A DNA stretch of 64,000 bases from Oligoflexia bacterium. GTDB lineage: Bacteria; Bdellovibrionota; Bdellovibrionia; JABDDW01. Each line of letters starts with the position of its first letter. The first letter of the stretch is position 1. The position numbers and the translations under genes are program-made. Shown piece by piece: positions 50,390 through 60,276 of the stretch. A model generated the notes under the pieces. The model made no database searches, was not told the DNA's origin, and saw only the letters and a program-made list of their open reading frames with translations. The stretch is from assembly GCA_043732305.1 (NCBI GenBank), contig JAYTHU010000062.1, positions 62,816 to 126,815 of the forward strand, written 5' to 3'.

Positions 50390-51290
50390 TAATTTTCCTC
50401 AAGCCTTCTGCGAAATATTCCGCTGCCTTGTAACTGCTGCGAACCATTGGTCCGCTGGCTACGTACATAAAACCCATTTTATCAGAGACATCTTTCCATT
50501 CTTGAAATTTTGCAGGCGTCACGAAAGTTTTAACTTTCAAATGTCTTTGTGTTGGCTGCAGGTACTGACCAAATGTCACCACATCACATCCAACCGATCG
50601 CAAATCTTTTAAAGTTTGCGTGACTTCTTCATCTGTTTCACCAAGACCCAGCATGATTGAAGACTTGGTGTAGCATTCAGGATTTTCCTCTTTGACAATT
50701 GTGAGAACATCTAAGGTTTGCTTATAAGTCGCACGCGGGTCACGCACCTTCGGAGAAAGTCTTTCTACGGTTTCGATATTGTGAGCGTAAACGTGAGGAG
50801 CTGCCTTTGCGATTTTTGTGATCCAATCGCGACGGCCCAAGAAGTCGGGAGTGAGCACTTCTATCTTGAGATTAGGGTCACGAATTTTAAGTTCGCTAAC
50901 AGTTTCTGCAAAGTGTGCTGACCCATGATCTGGAAGATCATCCCGATCGACACTTGTGATCACGACATATTTTAATTTCAATTGTGAAATGGCGTAGGCG
51001 ACTTTTTTAGGTTCGTCGACGTCAACTTTACCCCGCGGGTTACCCGTTTTGACTGCGCAAAACTTGCAACCACGGGTGCACACATCGCCGAGCAGCATGA
51101 AGGTGGCCGTTCCACCAGCCCAACATTCGCCAATGTTTGGACATTTGGCTTCTTCGCAAACACTGTACAAATTTAAACTTCTCAAAAGTTTTTTTACTTC
51201 GAAATAATTCTCGTGCGAAGGTGGACGGATTTTTAACCAATCAGGTTTTGGAGTATAACGTTTTGTCTCAGAAGCTGAGTCATTTGACAT
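50379..51290 (-). CDS. lipA: Lipoyl synthase
   Basis: CEEAKCPNIGEC, CTRGCKFC, VRSSY. Confidence 0.97.
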   Translation of the reverse strand: MSNDSASETKRYTPKPDWLKIRPPSHENYFEVKKLLRSLNLYSVCEEAKCPNIGECWAGGTATFMLLGDVCTRGCKFCAVKTGNPRGKVDVDEPKKVAYAISQLKLKYVVITSVDRDDLPDHGSAHFAETVSELKIRDPNLKIEVLTPDFLGRRDWITKIAKAAPHVYAHNIETVERLSPKVRDPRATYKQTLDVLTIVKEENPECYTKSSIMLGLGETDEEVTQTLKDLRSVGCDVVTFGQYLQPTQRHLKVKTFVTPAKFQEWKDVSDKMGFMYVASGPMVRSSYKAAEYFAEGLRKINGN

Positions 51291-51381
51291 AATGAATCCT
51301 TACTGGTTTTAACCTCCCCTATGTAACGTCCGGTGGCGGATTTTTGCAATCTAATTGCAAGTATAGCGCATCGCGCATTTC

Positions 51382-52959
51382 TTACTTGTTTGCGATAATT
51401 TGTGAATTGGGAATTTTGGAAAACTTCAATTGGTCAAGCGGGACAACCACGATTTTGACCTTGTAAATTGTTTCAAACAGTTTGGCTTTTTCGCGAATGG
51501 TCACGTTATCAATCGTCCCGTGAACTTTTAAATCGACGCCAATACGAACGTGACCCGGCCCCCACTGACATTTCAGCCATTTCACACTTTGATCATGTGG
51601 GGCATCAAGCGCGTCGGCCAAACGCAAAATGGAAGCAAGAGCCGTGACCATTTTCTGATCTTCAGGCGGAAGAACATTGTATCCTTCATGCTCAAGTTTT
51701 GGCGGGCTCTTGCGATGATATCGCGCAAGCGTAGCAACCACATGTCTCTCGCGATCACTTAGGAAATTAAAATCCGTGTTACGAATAATATAATACGTGT
51801 GCTTGTGATGACTGTTGTCACTGATGTAGTGACCAAGGTCATGCAGTAGAGTTGCCACCATTAAATAATTTTTAAACTTTGTCGGGATTCCATGAACAGG
51901 AAGTAACTCATCAAAAAGTTGGCTGGCGAGTTTCCAAACTTGTTGGCAGTGGGATTGATTCGAATGGTATCTACGGGAAACATTGAGCAAGAATTCTTTT
52001 TTAGAATTATCTTCTTCAGCGTGAGTTTTTTTTAAAGGCCGTTGTGGTTTCTCAAAGAGATCAATAAGTAAACCTTCGCGCAGACCGCGTTGACTAACTT
52101 TCATCTCTGCAATATTAAAATACTTAAATATCTGGTTAAGAACCCGGGTTCCCGCGACTAAAATTTCAGCGCGCTTGGCATCCACTCCAGGGAGAGCTGC
52201 GATTGCTTTTCTTGACATCTTGGCCACTTTTAAAGAAACACGCTCAAGCTGGCCCGCATTGATTAAGCGATCGTCTTCGGTAAGTTCAGTTTTACTCACG
52301 ATGCGACCGAGCGCGCGGATGGTTCCAGCAGAGCCCAATGCTAACTTATATTTTTCTGGATTTGGCCAATTGTCTTTCAAAGATTTTAAGATAGCATGAT
52401 CAAGTTTCTTTAGTTGCTCTACTTGTGCTTTTGATTGCGGCAGATAAAGTTCGGTTAGCCGCACAGCACCCAGTGGCAAGCTCACAAATTTTTCAATTTT
52501 AGTTTTCTTAACACTGGAGATTTCGCAGCTGCCGCCACCAATATCAATAAATAAAACGGACTTATTTGGAAGCGGCATTTCACTCGAAACGCCTTTGACA
52601 ATCAGGCGAGCTTCTTCTACTGCGGGCAAAACTTCCAGCGCTATTCCAGTTTTATCTCTGACTTCTTTAACAAAGTCGGCGCCATTTTTGGATTCACGCA
52701 AAGCGCTGGTTCCAGTTGCTCGGACCACATCTACTTTGTAGGCTTCCAAAAATTTGGCATAATCTTGAAAAACTTTGAGTGTGCGAGCCTGAACTTCTTT
52801 GGACAACTTATTCGTTTTTCCATCTTTAGAAAAAGTTCCTTCGCCAAGACGTACGACCGCGCGATGTCGAAAGAGCACATGCATGTGTCCATCAGCATCT
52901 CTTCTGACAATGAGAATTTTTATACTATTTGTTCCGAGGTCGATGGCAGCTGAATTCAT
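51382..52959 (-). CDS. ppx: Ppx/GppA exopolyphosphatase with HD domain
   Basis: AIDLGTNS, ATGTSALRE, DIGGGSCE, GLREG, LLHDLG, RYHRK, LRLADALD. Confidence 0.93.
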   Translation of the reverse strand: MNSAAIDLGTNSIKILIVRRDADGHMHVLFRHRAVVRLGEGTFSKDGKTNKLSKEVQARTLKVFQDYAKFLEAYKVDVVRATGTSALRESKNGADFVKEVRDKTGIALEVLPAVEEARLIVKGVSSEMPLPNKSVLFIDIGGGSCEISSVKKTKIEKFVSLPLGAVRLTELYLPQSKAQVEQLKKLDHAILKSLKDNWPNPEKYKLALGSAGTIRALGRIVSKTELTEDDRLINAGQLERVSLKVAKMSRKAIAALPGVDAKRAEILVAGTRVLNQIFKYFNIAEMKVSQRGLREGLLIDLFEKPQRPLKKTHAEEDNSKKEFLLNVSRRYHSNQSHCQQVWKLASQLFDELLPVHGIPTKFKNYLMVATLLHDLGHYISDNSHHKHTYYIIRNTDFNFLSDRERHVVATLARYHRKSPPKLEHEGYNVLPPEDQKMVTALASILRLADALDAPHDQSVKWLKCQWGPGHVRIGVDLKVHGTIDNVTIREKAKLFETIYKVKIVVVPLDQLKFSKIPNSQIIANK

Positions 52960-53001
52960 ACTAAAATTTAATTAGAATAGGGCCAGACTTGCAAGATAAG
53001 T

Positions 53002-53694
53002 TTACCATCGCATCACTATTTGGCTGCGATGCCCCATCCCTGCTTCAAAAGATGGCACTTCGAGATGTTTCGAAGAGTCTTTAGAGCTTGTCATAGTTAC
53101 TTTTCTTAAAACCCAATTTGAAGGCCACTGGGGAGGACAATCCTTGACGATGACTTTGAGAAGCTTGCCTTGGGAGCGGAATTTCATTTCGGAATCACCG
53201 GGATGACCACTGGTAATTTCCTTCAAGGGGAAATGAACCGGCGAGAGGTATTTCGCATTAGCTCCAATAGAGCATGGTGCTTCCAGAGTGAGAGTGGGTC
53301 TTTCGCCTTCGACCATCACGCCTTCAGCTTCGAATTCAAAACTAGTGGTATCAAAATATCCGCAGAATGAAACGGAAGAGTTATTTTCACCTTTGATTAT
53401 AAAATTCTCCATCACGATATCCAAATCATAATTATGTCTTTCAATGTCGACGCTGTTGATAAGATTGTCTTTCTGCGCCATCAGTAAAATGCCCGCGCCG
53501 ACATCACTGTAAATAAAAGTTTTAGAAATGGAGCTCGGCTCACGTATTTCTATTCCGCCAGGAGGTAAAAATTTTTCCGTTGAAGCCTTAATTCTCGAAG
53601 TGTCGGTCGAGAGAAAGACCTCGAACATTAATCCCAAGAGAGCCGCAATCGAAAACATCACGGAATAGGTGATCACCTTATATTTGCTGGACAT
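53002..53694 (-). CDS. Hypothetical protein with N-terminal membrane anchor
   Basis: N-terminal TM helix; overlaps the upstream gene by 22 bp. Confidence 0.7.
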   Translation of the reverse strand: MSSKYKVITYSVMFSIAALLGLMFEVFLSTDTSRIKASTEKFLPPGGIEIREPSSISKTFIYSDVGAGILLMAQKDNLINSVDIERHNYDLDIVMENFIIKGENNSSVSFCGYFDTTSFEFEAEGVMVEGERPTLTLEAPCSIGANAKYLSPVHFPLKEITSGHPGDSEMKFRSQGKLLKVIVKDCPPQWPSNWVLRKVTMTSSKDSSKHLEVPSFEAGMGHRSQIVMRW

Positions 53695-56027
53695 ACGCTA
53701 CACGCTCCTTCACACAACATTAGTGAGTCATTTCCCAATTCTTCATTCAGTGCTTTTCGCCAAGCGAGAGATTCGCTAGAACCGTCCGCGATATATCTCT
53801 GTGCTCGATTTTTTACAATTGTCATAATCCCAATGGCATTTGGATCCGACCAAGTTTCTAAAAGTTTCAAATCGCCAGTTGTGATTTTAAGTATTCCGAT
53901 CTTCAAATCTCTTTGAATAGTGGCCAAGTATTTCTGCTTGGCTAGAGCGAGTTCTCGCGTTTCAACGCGTGCCACCTGTTGCGCTAAATTTTTCTGAATC
54001 GAAAACACTCGTGCGTTGTTTGCAGAACTTAGATTGGTTGCGGGCAATCCTTGCGCCAGAGGACTCGCCCTAGTTTCCGCAATGATCTGCAACGTAGCAT
54101 CTTGATTTTGAACTGATCTTTTTAGTGCGGCGACCCATTGATTGTAATCAGTAAGATTAATCTGAGCCGTGGATAAACCCTTTTGAGCCGCATAAAGATT
54201 TCGTAATGTCTGCTCGGCTCCGCTGCCCGCATCAAATTGTTTCAATGCTTTAGAGATGGCCACTAGTGATGATCGATCAGATACCACATTCAATATTCGA
54301 GTGAATCCAGCAAAAAGCAGAGAAGCCGCAGGAAGCGCAACAACATCTTGCACGGCTTCCCGTTTAGCTCGGAGCTCTAATCCCATCGCTAATATTTGAT
54401 CGACGATCTGACCTTTCATCACTTCAACTTCAGTGGCGTTCTTACCCTTTGCAAAAGCTTTCATCAGAAAAAGATTTTTTATTTCCAAATCATAGCGATT
54501 GGACATGATGCTCAAACCGTTGAGGGTCGTTTGCGCCACAAGATCGCTTAGAAATGCCGCACCGGCAGTTTTTTCTATAAATGAGTAACTCTTGGTACTT
54601 CCAATTTGTGCCATTCGATAAACAAGAGCCGCCTCGCCAGCTTCTGAGGCGACAGCAATTCCCTTTGTCAAAACTCTTCCCATCGGAAAAAATAGGGCAG
54701 GGATTCCAATATAAGTTCCAGCGATAGCAGTGTTGTGCAGGAGGTCTTTCTCCAGGATATTAATATTTTCTTCTTTTGTGAGAAATTCACACATTGGTTT
54801 ATATGTTCGCAATATGTCATCTCTACTTACGCCTGGAAGACTTTTTAATACTTCGCCAGCAGCCATACTGATAAGTTCTTTGTTTCCGTAAAAATTGGAA
54901 GGTGGCTCGATGCACACATCCGTCAATTCTCCAATCGCTTGCTTTGATAGTAAACTGAGTTCCTGAATGAGTATCGAACTTAGAGGCACAAAATGAGCTT
55001 CTACAAATTGTTTCCAATAAGATGCATCTTGGTTTTTGAGATCACCTCGATGCATAAAATTATCGAGCCGTTCATAAAGCTTACTCGGCTCCATCATACT
55101 GATGGATTTATCACCACCCATGAAATCTGGTTTCAAATCAATGAGAGACTTCGGCTGAAAAAGTTCTGGCGCCGTGAAAACAATATTTGCCTCCAGAAGA
55201 TTTTTTTCTATTTTTGCTTTCTCGATTTTAAGATTTTCAAAACCCAAAGCACGATTTTCTATGTAAGTTTCATAACCGTCTTCGGGCGGAAACGGGCCCA
55301 GACCTTGAGAAGCAGAATGTCCGAGGTCATCGATCGTGCTACGAATATTTCCACGAGCCAGACGCATTCGAATGGCTGAAAGTCTTTCGATCTGAGACCG
55401 AGTTTTCGCAATAAGGTAAACATCAGAAAATATCCGATTTCGCCGTTGCGTGTTTCTTTCCTGAACCGTCGATGATTTTAATTTGTACTCAACCATTTGT
55501 TTGTTCAACTCTAATAAGAGAAAATTTATTCTATTTTGCCAAGCTGGCCGACAGGTACCACTAAGAGTGCTAAATTCTGGAGAAACATCTTTCCATTCTT
55601 GAAGTCCATAAACCGCTAAATCTGCAATCGATTGAACTTTAAGAATGAGCGCCAGATCTTTTATTTCGTAATCAAGAGCTTTTTTAATTTCAGGATTATA
55701 CTTGGAATTTTTTAAATTTATTTCCATTAAAGTCTCGCCAAGTTCATGCGCCAAAGCTTTGAGTTGCGCGGGACTTCCCTGAGGATTTCGAGTTATAGAC
55801 TCGAGCTTGAAGTCTGGAATTTCAACGTTGTTCACAAAGCAGGAAAAATCAGGAATAGGAGACGTGATCACACTCGTTCCAAATTCAATTGATGAAGCTT
55901 CAGCGATATATCTATTGGCGGAACGTTGGGATCCAAGAGAATGTTCTTCAGAAAAACCGCGCGAAAGCGGGCGGGCCCCCAAAAGCAAGAAAATGAAAAA
56001 TCCATAAGTCAGATATTTTTTTAACAA
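53673..56027 (-). CDS. Large secreted hypothetical helical protein
   Basis: 784-aa ORF, signal-peptide-like N-terminus, internal Gly/Ala-rich hydrophobic stretches, Cys-rich C-terminus. Confidence 0.7.
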   Translation of the reverse strand: MLKKYLTYGFFIFLLLGARPLSRGFSEEHSLGSQRSANRYIAEASSIEFGTSVITSPIPDFSCFVNNVEIPDFKLESITRNPQGSPAQLKALAHELGETLMEINLKNSKYNPEIKKALDYEIKDLALILKVQSIADLAVYGLQEWKDVSPEFSTLSGTCRPAWQNRINFLLLELNKQMVEYKLKSSTVQERNTQRRNRIFSDVYLIAKTRSQIERLSAIRMRLARGNIRSTIDDLGHSASQGLGPFPPEDGYETYIENRALGFENLKIEKAKIEKNLLEANIVFTAPELFQPKSLIDLKPDFMGGDKSISMMEPSKLYERLDNFMHRGDLKNQDASYWKQFVEAHFVPLSSILIQELSLLSKQAIGELTDVCIEPPSNFYGNKELISMAAGEVLKSLPGVSRDDILRTYKPMCEFLTKEENINILEKDLLHNTAIAGTYIGIPALFFPMGRVLTKGIAVASEAGEAALVYRMAQIGSTKSYSFIEKTAGAAFLSDLVAQTTLNGLSIMSNRYDLEIKNLFLMKAFAKGKNATEVEVMKGQIVDQILAMGLELRAKREAVQDVVALPAASLLFAGFTRILNVVSDRSSLVAISKALKQFDAGSGAEQTLRNLYAAQKGLSTAQINLTDYNQWVAALKRSVQNQDATLQIIAETRASPLAQGLPATNLSSANNARVFSIQKNLAQQVARVETRELALAKQKYLATIQRDLKIGILKITTGDLKLLETWSDPNAIGIMTIVKNRAQRYIADGSSESLAWRKALNEELGNDSLMLCEGACSVCPANIR

Positions 56028-56098
56028 GTGTTGCCCTCTGAAAACTTATCGGATTTTCAAAGGGAAATGAGAGGGTTAACTCTTAGTAAATCCTAAGC

Positions 56099-57313
56099 TT
56101 ATAGAGAACTGTGTTTTACTCCCACGGCTTGAGCTTCTAGACCAATGGCGAGAACATTCATGCGCGCCACCATTCCATAAACATTTTCAAGTGGAGTTGT
56201 TTCGCCATTGACCAAAAGATCTGACATGCAGAGCCTTTTGAAGACAGCGCCCGGGCTATTTAAATTTTCGGTAGGACCTTTGTCCTTATGCGTGCGCATA
56301 AATCCGCCGGCAAGCTCGCAACCAATGAGATAGATCACGGGTTCAGCAGTTGAACCTTCGCTAGAAATTTCGGTGGGAATGCCTTCCTGCAATATTACTT
56401 CCTGAACTTGAGATCCACCTTTGGAGTAACCCATTTTCTTACGCTCTTTGCCGGTCATGCTTAAAAGTTCTTCACCAGATCTAACACTGAGAATTCCCAT
56501 GCCGTAAGTTCCGCGATTGTTTTTTATAAACACCACCGGATCTTTGCTCCTCGACTTTAGTCCATCAATGAACATTTGCGTCTTGCGCGCTAGTACTTCA
56601 ACAGAAGCATCATCAGAAAAATCAACTTGCGCCAATTCAGTTTTGACGGTGAATGTCCAAGGATCAACATCGATCAAATGGGAAAATTCCTCTGCAATTT
56701 TATTATAAAAAGTAAAGTGATCACTCTTTTTACGTCTGAACCAGCCCAACTCGTGAGAAGGATTCATCGGCACTTGAAGCCCATTGTACCAAGAATCGTA
56801 AGGATCACTGAAATCATTATTGCTGACCACTAAATCTGGAACAAAACCATCTGACGTTTTAACTCCGTGCCCATCACGATGGGCAGAATAAACTTCGATG
56901 TTCGCGCCCTTAGGGGTAGTCACTGGAAAAATACCGTCAAACTCTTTGGGCACGGCAACTCTCGTTTCACAACCTGCCGAGCGCAGAAGTTCATTCAATG
57001 TGTAAACATTTTCCCAATAATATTTATTTGAAGTGTGCTCTTCACTGAGAAGAAGAATTTTTAAGTCGGTTCGTTTGTAATGGCTAAGAAGATATTTTTT
57101 TATAAGACCTTGATCAGCTTCGATATCGACATCACAGATATTATTGAAGCCTGCGGGAAAAATATTAGCATCAACACTAGCGAGCTTTTCTCCGCCGTCT
57201 CTGATATCCACTGATGTGTAGATCGGAAAATCGAGATTTTTACATTTGGCTTCCCACCACAGATCTATTTTGACTTTATTTTTTTGAATCTTTTTATGGA
57301 TTAGATCTTTCAA
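56099..57313 (-). CDS. gshA: Glutamate--cysteine ligase (GshA family with SVD.R/VD.N.FP motifs)
   Basis: YTSVDIRD, VDANIFPAGFNN, EEHTSNKYY, NNDFS, RRKKSDHF, GTYGMGI, QEGIPT, ENLNSPG; probable TTG start 57313 behind AAGGA. Confidence 0.85.
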   Translation of the reverse strand: MKDLIHKKIQKNKVKIDLWWEAKCKNLDFPIYTSVDIRDGGEKLASVDANIFPAGFNNICDVDIEADQGLIKKYLLSHYKRTDLKILLLSEEHTSNKYYWENVYTLNELLRSAGCETRVAVPKEFDGIFPVTTPKGANIEVYSAHRDGHGVKTSDGFVPDLVVSNNDFSDPYDSWYNGLQVPMNPSHELGWFRRKKSDHFTFYNKIAEEFSHLIDVDPWTFTVKTELAQVDFSDDASVEVLARKTQMFIDGLKSRSKDPVVFIKNNRGTYGMGILSVRSGEELLSMTGKERKKMGYSKGGSQVQEVILQEGIPTEISSEGSTAEPVIYLIGCELAGGFMRTHKDKGPTENLNSPGAVFKRLCMSDLLVNGETTPLENVYGMVARMNVLAIGLEAQAVGVKHSSL

Positions 57314-58061
57314 TAGGTCCTTTGATTTCTGCGAGCAAAAAGTTTGCCGCCACCACACTGCTCGGAAGCATGACAACGTTTATCACCGGCACTGCCATGA
57401 TAGCAGTCAACCCAAACGCAAAACCTAGGATATGGGGGAAGTGAAGTTTAAAGAATGACAATCTTTCCTTGATTGTCAACACTCGGCCTAGTCCTCCGCT
57501 TTCAAAGCCATAGTCCATCATATCGAACGTCAGAACTAAACTCGACAACATGATACCCGACCATCCGAGCCCGGGCACGAGTGCAATCAAAAACCCCAAT
57601 CCGCTAAGGACCGTGATGATCACGGCTTTTAAGATCGAATGCCCAATTGAAACTCCACCATGGCCTTCGCGAACGTGAGCTTTTAATGAGCCTAGAAACT
57701 GAAATTTTAACTTGAGGGTTTGCATGGAAAGATATTTTCCCCAACCCATCAGAAGCACGGAAGAGACCAAATAAACGATGAACACACAGATGATAAAAAC
57801 GAAAATGGTCGCCAGAAACTTAGCGCTGTAGAACAGAATATATTGATACCAAAAGACAGGCAGAGACAAATGAGCAGATAAAAACAATGTCATTTTTCCG
57901 AAGAGAAGTTTTAGAATTACCGCAAAAATAACGATGTTTGCCAGCACTGATGTGGCGACTACTCTTCTTAAAGACTTTTCCTTTATTGAAAAAGCCAAAC
58001 CCCTGAAGTAGGCAGAAAATCCGTGAGAAAACCCTTTCGCAAACTTTAGAAACGGTTTCAT
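57294..58061 (-). CDS. EI24/CysZ-like polytopic membrane protein
   Basis: Several TM segments; LVPGLG...FDMMDY...FG..AIMAVPVIN pattern. Confidence 0.7.
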   Translation of the reverse strand: MKPFLKFAKGFSHGFSAYFRGLAFSIKEKSLRRVVATSVLANIVIFAVILKLLFGKMTLFLSAHLSLPVFWYQYILFYSAKFLATIFVFIICVFIVYLVSSVLLMGWGKYLSMQTLKLKFQFLGSLKAHVREGHGGVSIGHSILKAVIITVLSGLGFLIALVPGLGWSGIMLSSLVLTFDMMDYGFESGGLGRVLTIKERLSFFKLHFPHILGFAFGLTAIMAVPVINVVMLPSSVVAANFLLAEIKGPIERSNP

Positions 58062-59128
58062 TTTTTAGGGCGTTTAGATTTCGCCTTTTTCATCAAATTC
58101 TGATCCTGAACGTCTCGCGTCCCAATAAGAATATCTACTCTTTTTTGCACGTCCTGCAGAAAAGCGAAAAGATCCGTGACGTTGGCATCTTCGGGAACTT
58201 CAGGGATTGAAGGTGAACGAAGTATTTTTAAATTCTGTAGTAATGTGTCCAACCTTGAAGCCAGAGCGCGCTGATTTTCTTGCTGCTGTTTTGCTGACAA
58301 TATTGGATCAGCTTCGTTTAACGCTGGCAATTTATCGATGAACTCCCAAATTTTTTGATAAGAATCTTTTAATTCGGTTGAAGCTTTCACGCTCCACGGT
58401 GTCGCATTAGATTGAGCGGCTAACAAAAGCCATCCTTGAGAGTTATCTAATAAAATAAAAAACTGAGTTATTTCCGAGGTCGTTTTAAAATGAAGCTGTG
58501 CCTCAGGAATATGGCCCATGCTGTAATAAGTTTTGGGCAACCATTTTTGAACATTGGGTTTTCCGGAAGCCTTGACTCGCCTAAGACCTTTTTCTGCGAT
58601 CAAAGAATATTCTTTTGCTTGTTCAGTCAAACCTTCGCGCGCATAAGCAGCGGCTAATCTCGCGGGCCATTCCGCCTGCGAGATTTCCAGAGAAAGATAT
58701 TTCAATCCCGGCTGAAGTTGCAAAAGTGTCAGAACCTGGCGTTCATCATTCCGGGGAGTGTCGCCTAAACCGTCATAAGAAAGCGCCATGTGATAAAGCG
58801 CTTCAGCCTCGTCCCGAGTATGAATCCCCTGATAAAAATCAACCACACGCCTGAAGTTTTCAATGGCGTCGGGAAAATTACCCTGAGCTTCTTGGTCCAA
58901 TCCTAAAACATAATAACTGCTAGATAACCAGCGGGTGACCGGGAACTCTTTTAGCAATAAAGTCAAAGATTCTTCGGATTTTTTAAAAGCACCGTCGCTA
59001 TGAAGCTTGATTCCAGTTTCATATAGTGATTTTTCACGAGGAGAGACCGCTCGAATTTCTTTCTGTGCACATCCAAAACCAGAAATAATCCCAGACATGA
59101 GAACCGCTGACTTCAGAATTTCACGCAT
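58058..59128 (-). CDS. TPR-containing lipoprotein (BamD/CpoB-like N-terminus)
   Basis: Lipobox GFGC; LYE.G..L...F..S...L..LL.EFP and further TPR helices. Confidence 0.7.
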   Translation of the reverse strand: MREILKSAVLMSGIISGFGCAQKEIRAVSPREKSLYETGIKLHSDGAFKKSEESLTLLLKEFPVTRWLSSSYYVLGLDQEAQGNFPDAIENFRRVVDFYQGIHTRDEAEALYHMALSYDGLGDTPRNDERQVLTLLQLQPGLKYLSLEISQAEWPARLAAAYAREGLTEQAKEYSLIAEKGLRRVKASGKPNVQKWLPKTYYSMGHIPEAQLHFKTTSEITQFFILLDNSQGWLLLAAQSNATPWSVKASTELKDSYQKIWEFIDKLPALNEADPILSAKQQQENQRALASRLDTLLQNLKILRSPSIPEVPEDANVTDLFAFLQDVQKRVDILIGTRDVQDQNLMKKAKSKRPKK

Positions 59129-59130
59129 GC

Positions 59131-60276
59131 CTATTTTCTCTCCGGAGCTGAACTGATTTTTGCGGCTAGTTTTTGCAAACCTTGGATGTCATTAATTTCT
59201 TGATCTACATCTGGCAGTCGAACGAAAAGGATTTGAGAACGTAAATCCATCTCGAAATTTTTATAAGCTTGTTGATGATTTTCATAAAAAGCCCGCAAAG
59301 CTTCGTAATGATCACGAAGCTTTATAAATGCAGGATGCAGCTCAGGAGGTAAATCACCTTCCTCCACCAAGTCTTTCGCACTCCCGCTATCTCCCACTCC
59401 GCCCATTAAATTCATCGGAGTGTTCCATTGAGGGAAGGCGCGGTTGACTATGATTGCCGAAAGCTCGTAGCCGCCTTTTTTAAGACTGTTTTCGAAGTAT
59501 CTTGCTTCTTCAATCTTGGCCGAATTAAAACCCGTGACTAAAATGAAGCCGGTGGAACTTGATGTCATCAGGCGATGAACTTCCGCCGTCCGATCACGAA
59601 GCGCCTTTTGCCAATCACGAATAGAACTAAAAAAATCTCCAATGGTGGTAAGAAATTCCGCGCCAATAAATTTTTCGAGCAATTTAAATGCGACTTTCGT
59701 TCCACGATTCATCAACCCCAAACTCAATTTATCAATCGTTGAGAACGGCATCATAAACCACTTCATAATGGAATCTTGAAAAAGCGTATGAATTTTAGAG
59801 GGCGCCATTAAAAAATCGATAGCGTGTTTGGTGGGCGGTGTATCTAAAATCACGATGTCAAATTTATTGGAATTCACCAGCTGCAAAAGTCTTTCAAGCG
59901 AAGTGTATTCCTGAGAACCATTCAAAGCAGTTGAGAGTTGCTGGTAAACATGATTTTTCAAAACTTTTTCTGCTATTTCAGGCGATGGCGCAAGTCTGAC
60001 AATGAAATCATCAAAGGTGTGTTTCATGTCAAGCATCTCGGCATAAAGCTCTCCGGGAAACTGATCTGCAACAACGCGCTTTTCTGGTTCGCTGAAATTA
60101 TCGAAACCCAAAGAATTGGCCAAACGTTTAGCGGGATCGATTGTGAGAACAATTGCTTTTTTACCGAGCTCTGCCGCACGCACGCCTAGCGCTGCCGAGA
60201 GCGTGGTTTTTCCAACGCCGCCGGATCCGCAGCAGATCAAAACTTTTTTTGTGGTTAAGAGCTTGTCAAATCCCAA
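59131..60276 (-). CDS. ArsA/Get3 family ATPase (copy B)
   Basis: CCGSGGVGKTT, LTIDPAKRLA, LDTPPT, IVNR; probable TTG start 60276 behind GGAG. Confidence 0.88.
   Translation of the reverse strand: MGFDKLLTTKKVLICCGSGGVGKTTLSAALGVRAAELGKKAIVLTIDPAKRLANSLGFDNFSEPEKRVVADQFPGELYAEMLDMKHTFDDFIVRLAPSPEIAEKVLKNHVYQQLSTALNGSQEYTSLERLLQLVNSNKFDIVILDTPPTKHAIDFLMAPSKIHTLFQDSIMKWFMMPFSTIDKLSLGLMNRGTKVAFKLLEKFIGAEFLTTIGDFFSSIRDWQKALRDRTAEVHRLMTSSSTGFILVTGFNSAKIEEARYFENSLKKGGYELSAIIVNRAFPQWNTPMNLMGGVGDSGSAKDLVEEGDLPPELHPAFIKLRDHYEALRAFYENHQQAYKNFEMDLRSQILFVRLPDVDQEINDIQGLQKLAAKISSAPERK

Noticed and set aside
56046..56053. TCCGATAA (sigma28 -10-like) upstream of the 784-aa orphan
   Set aside because: No convincing -35 element at the expected spacing.
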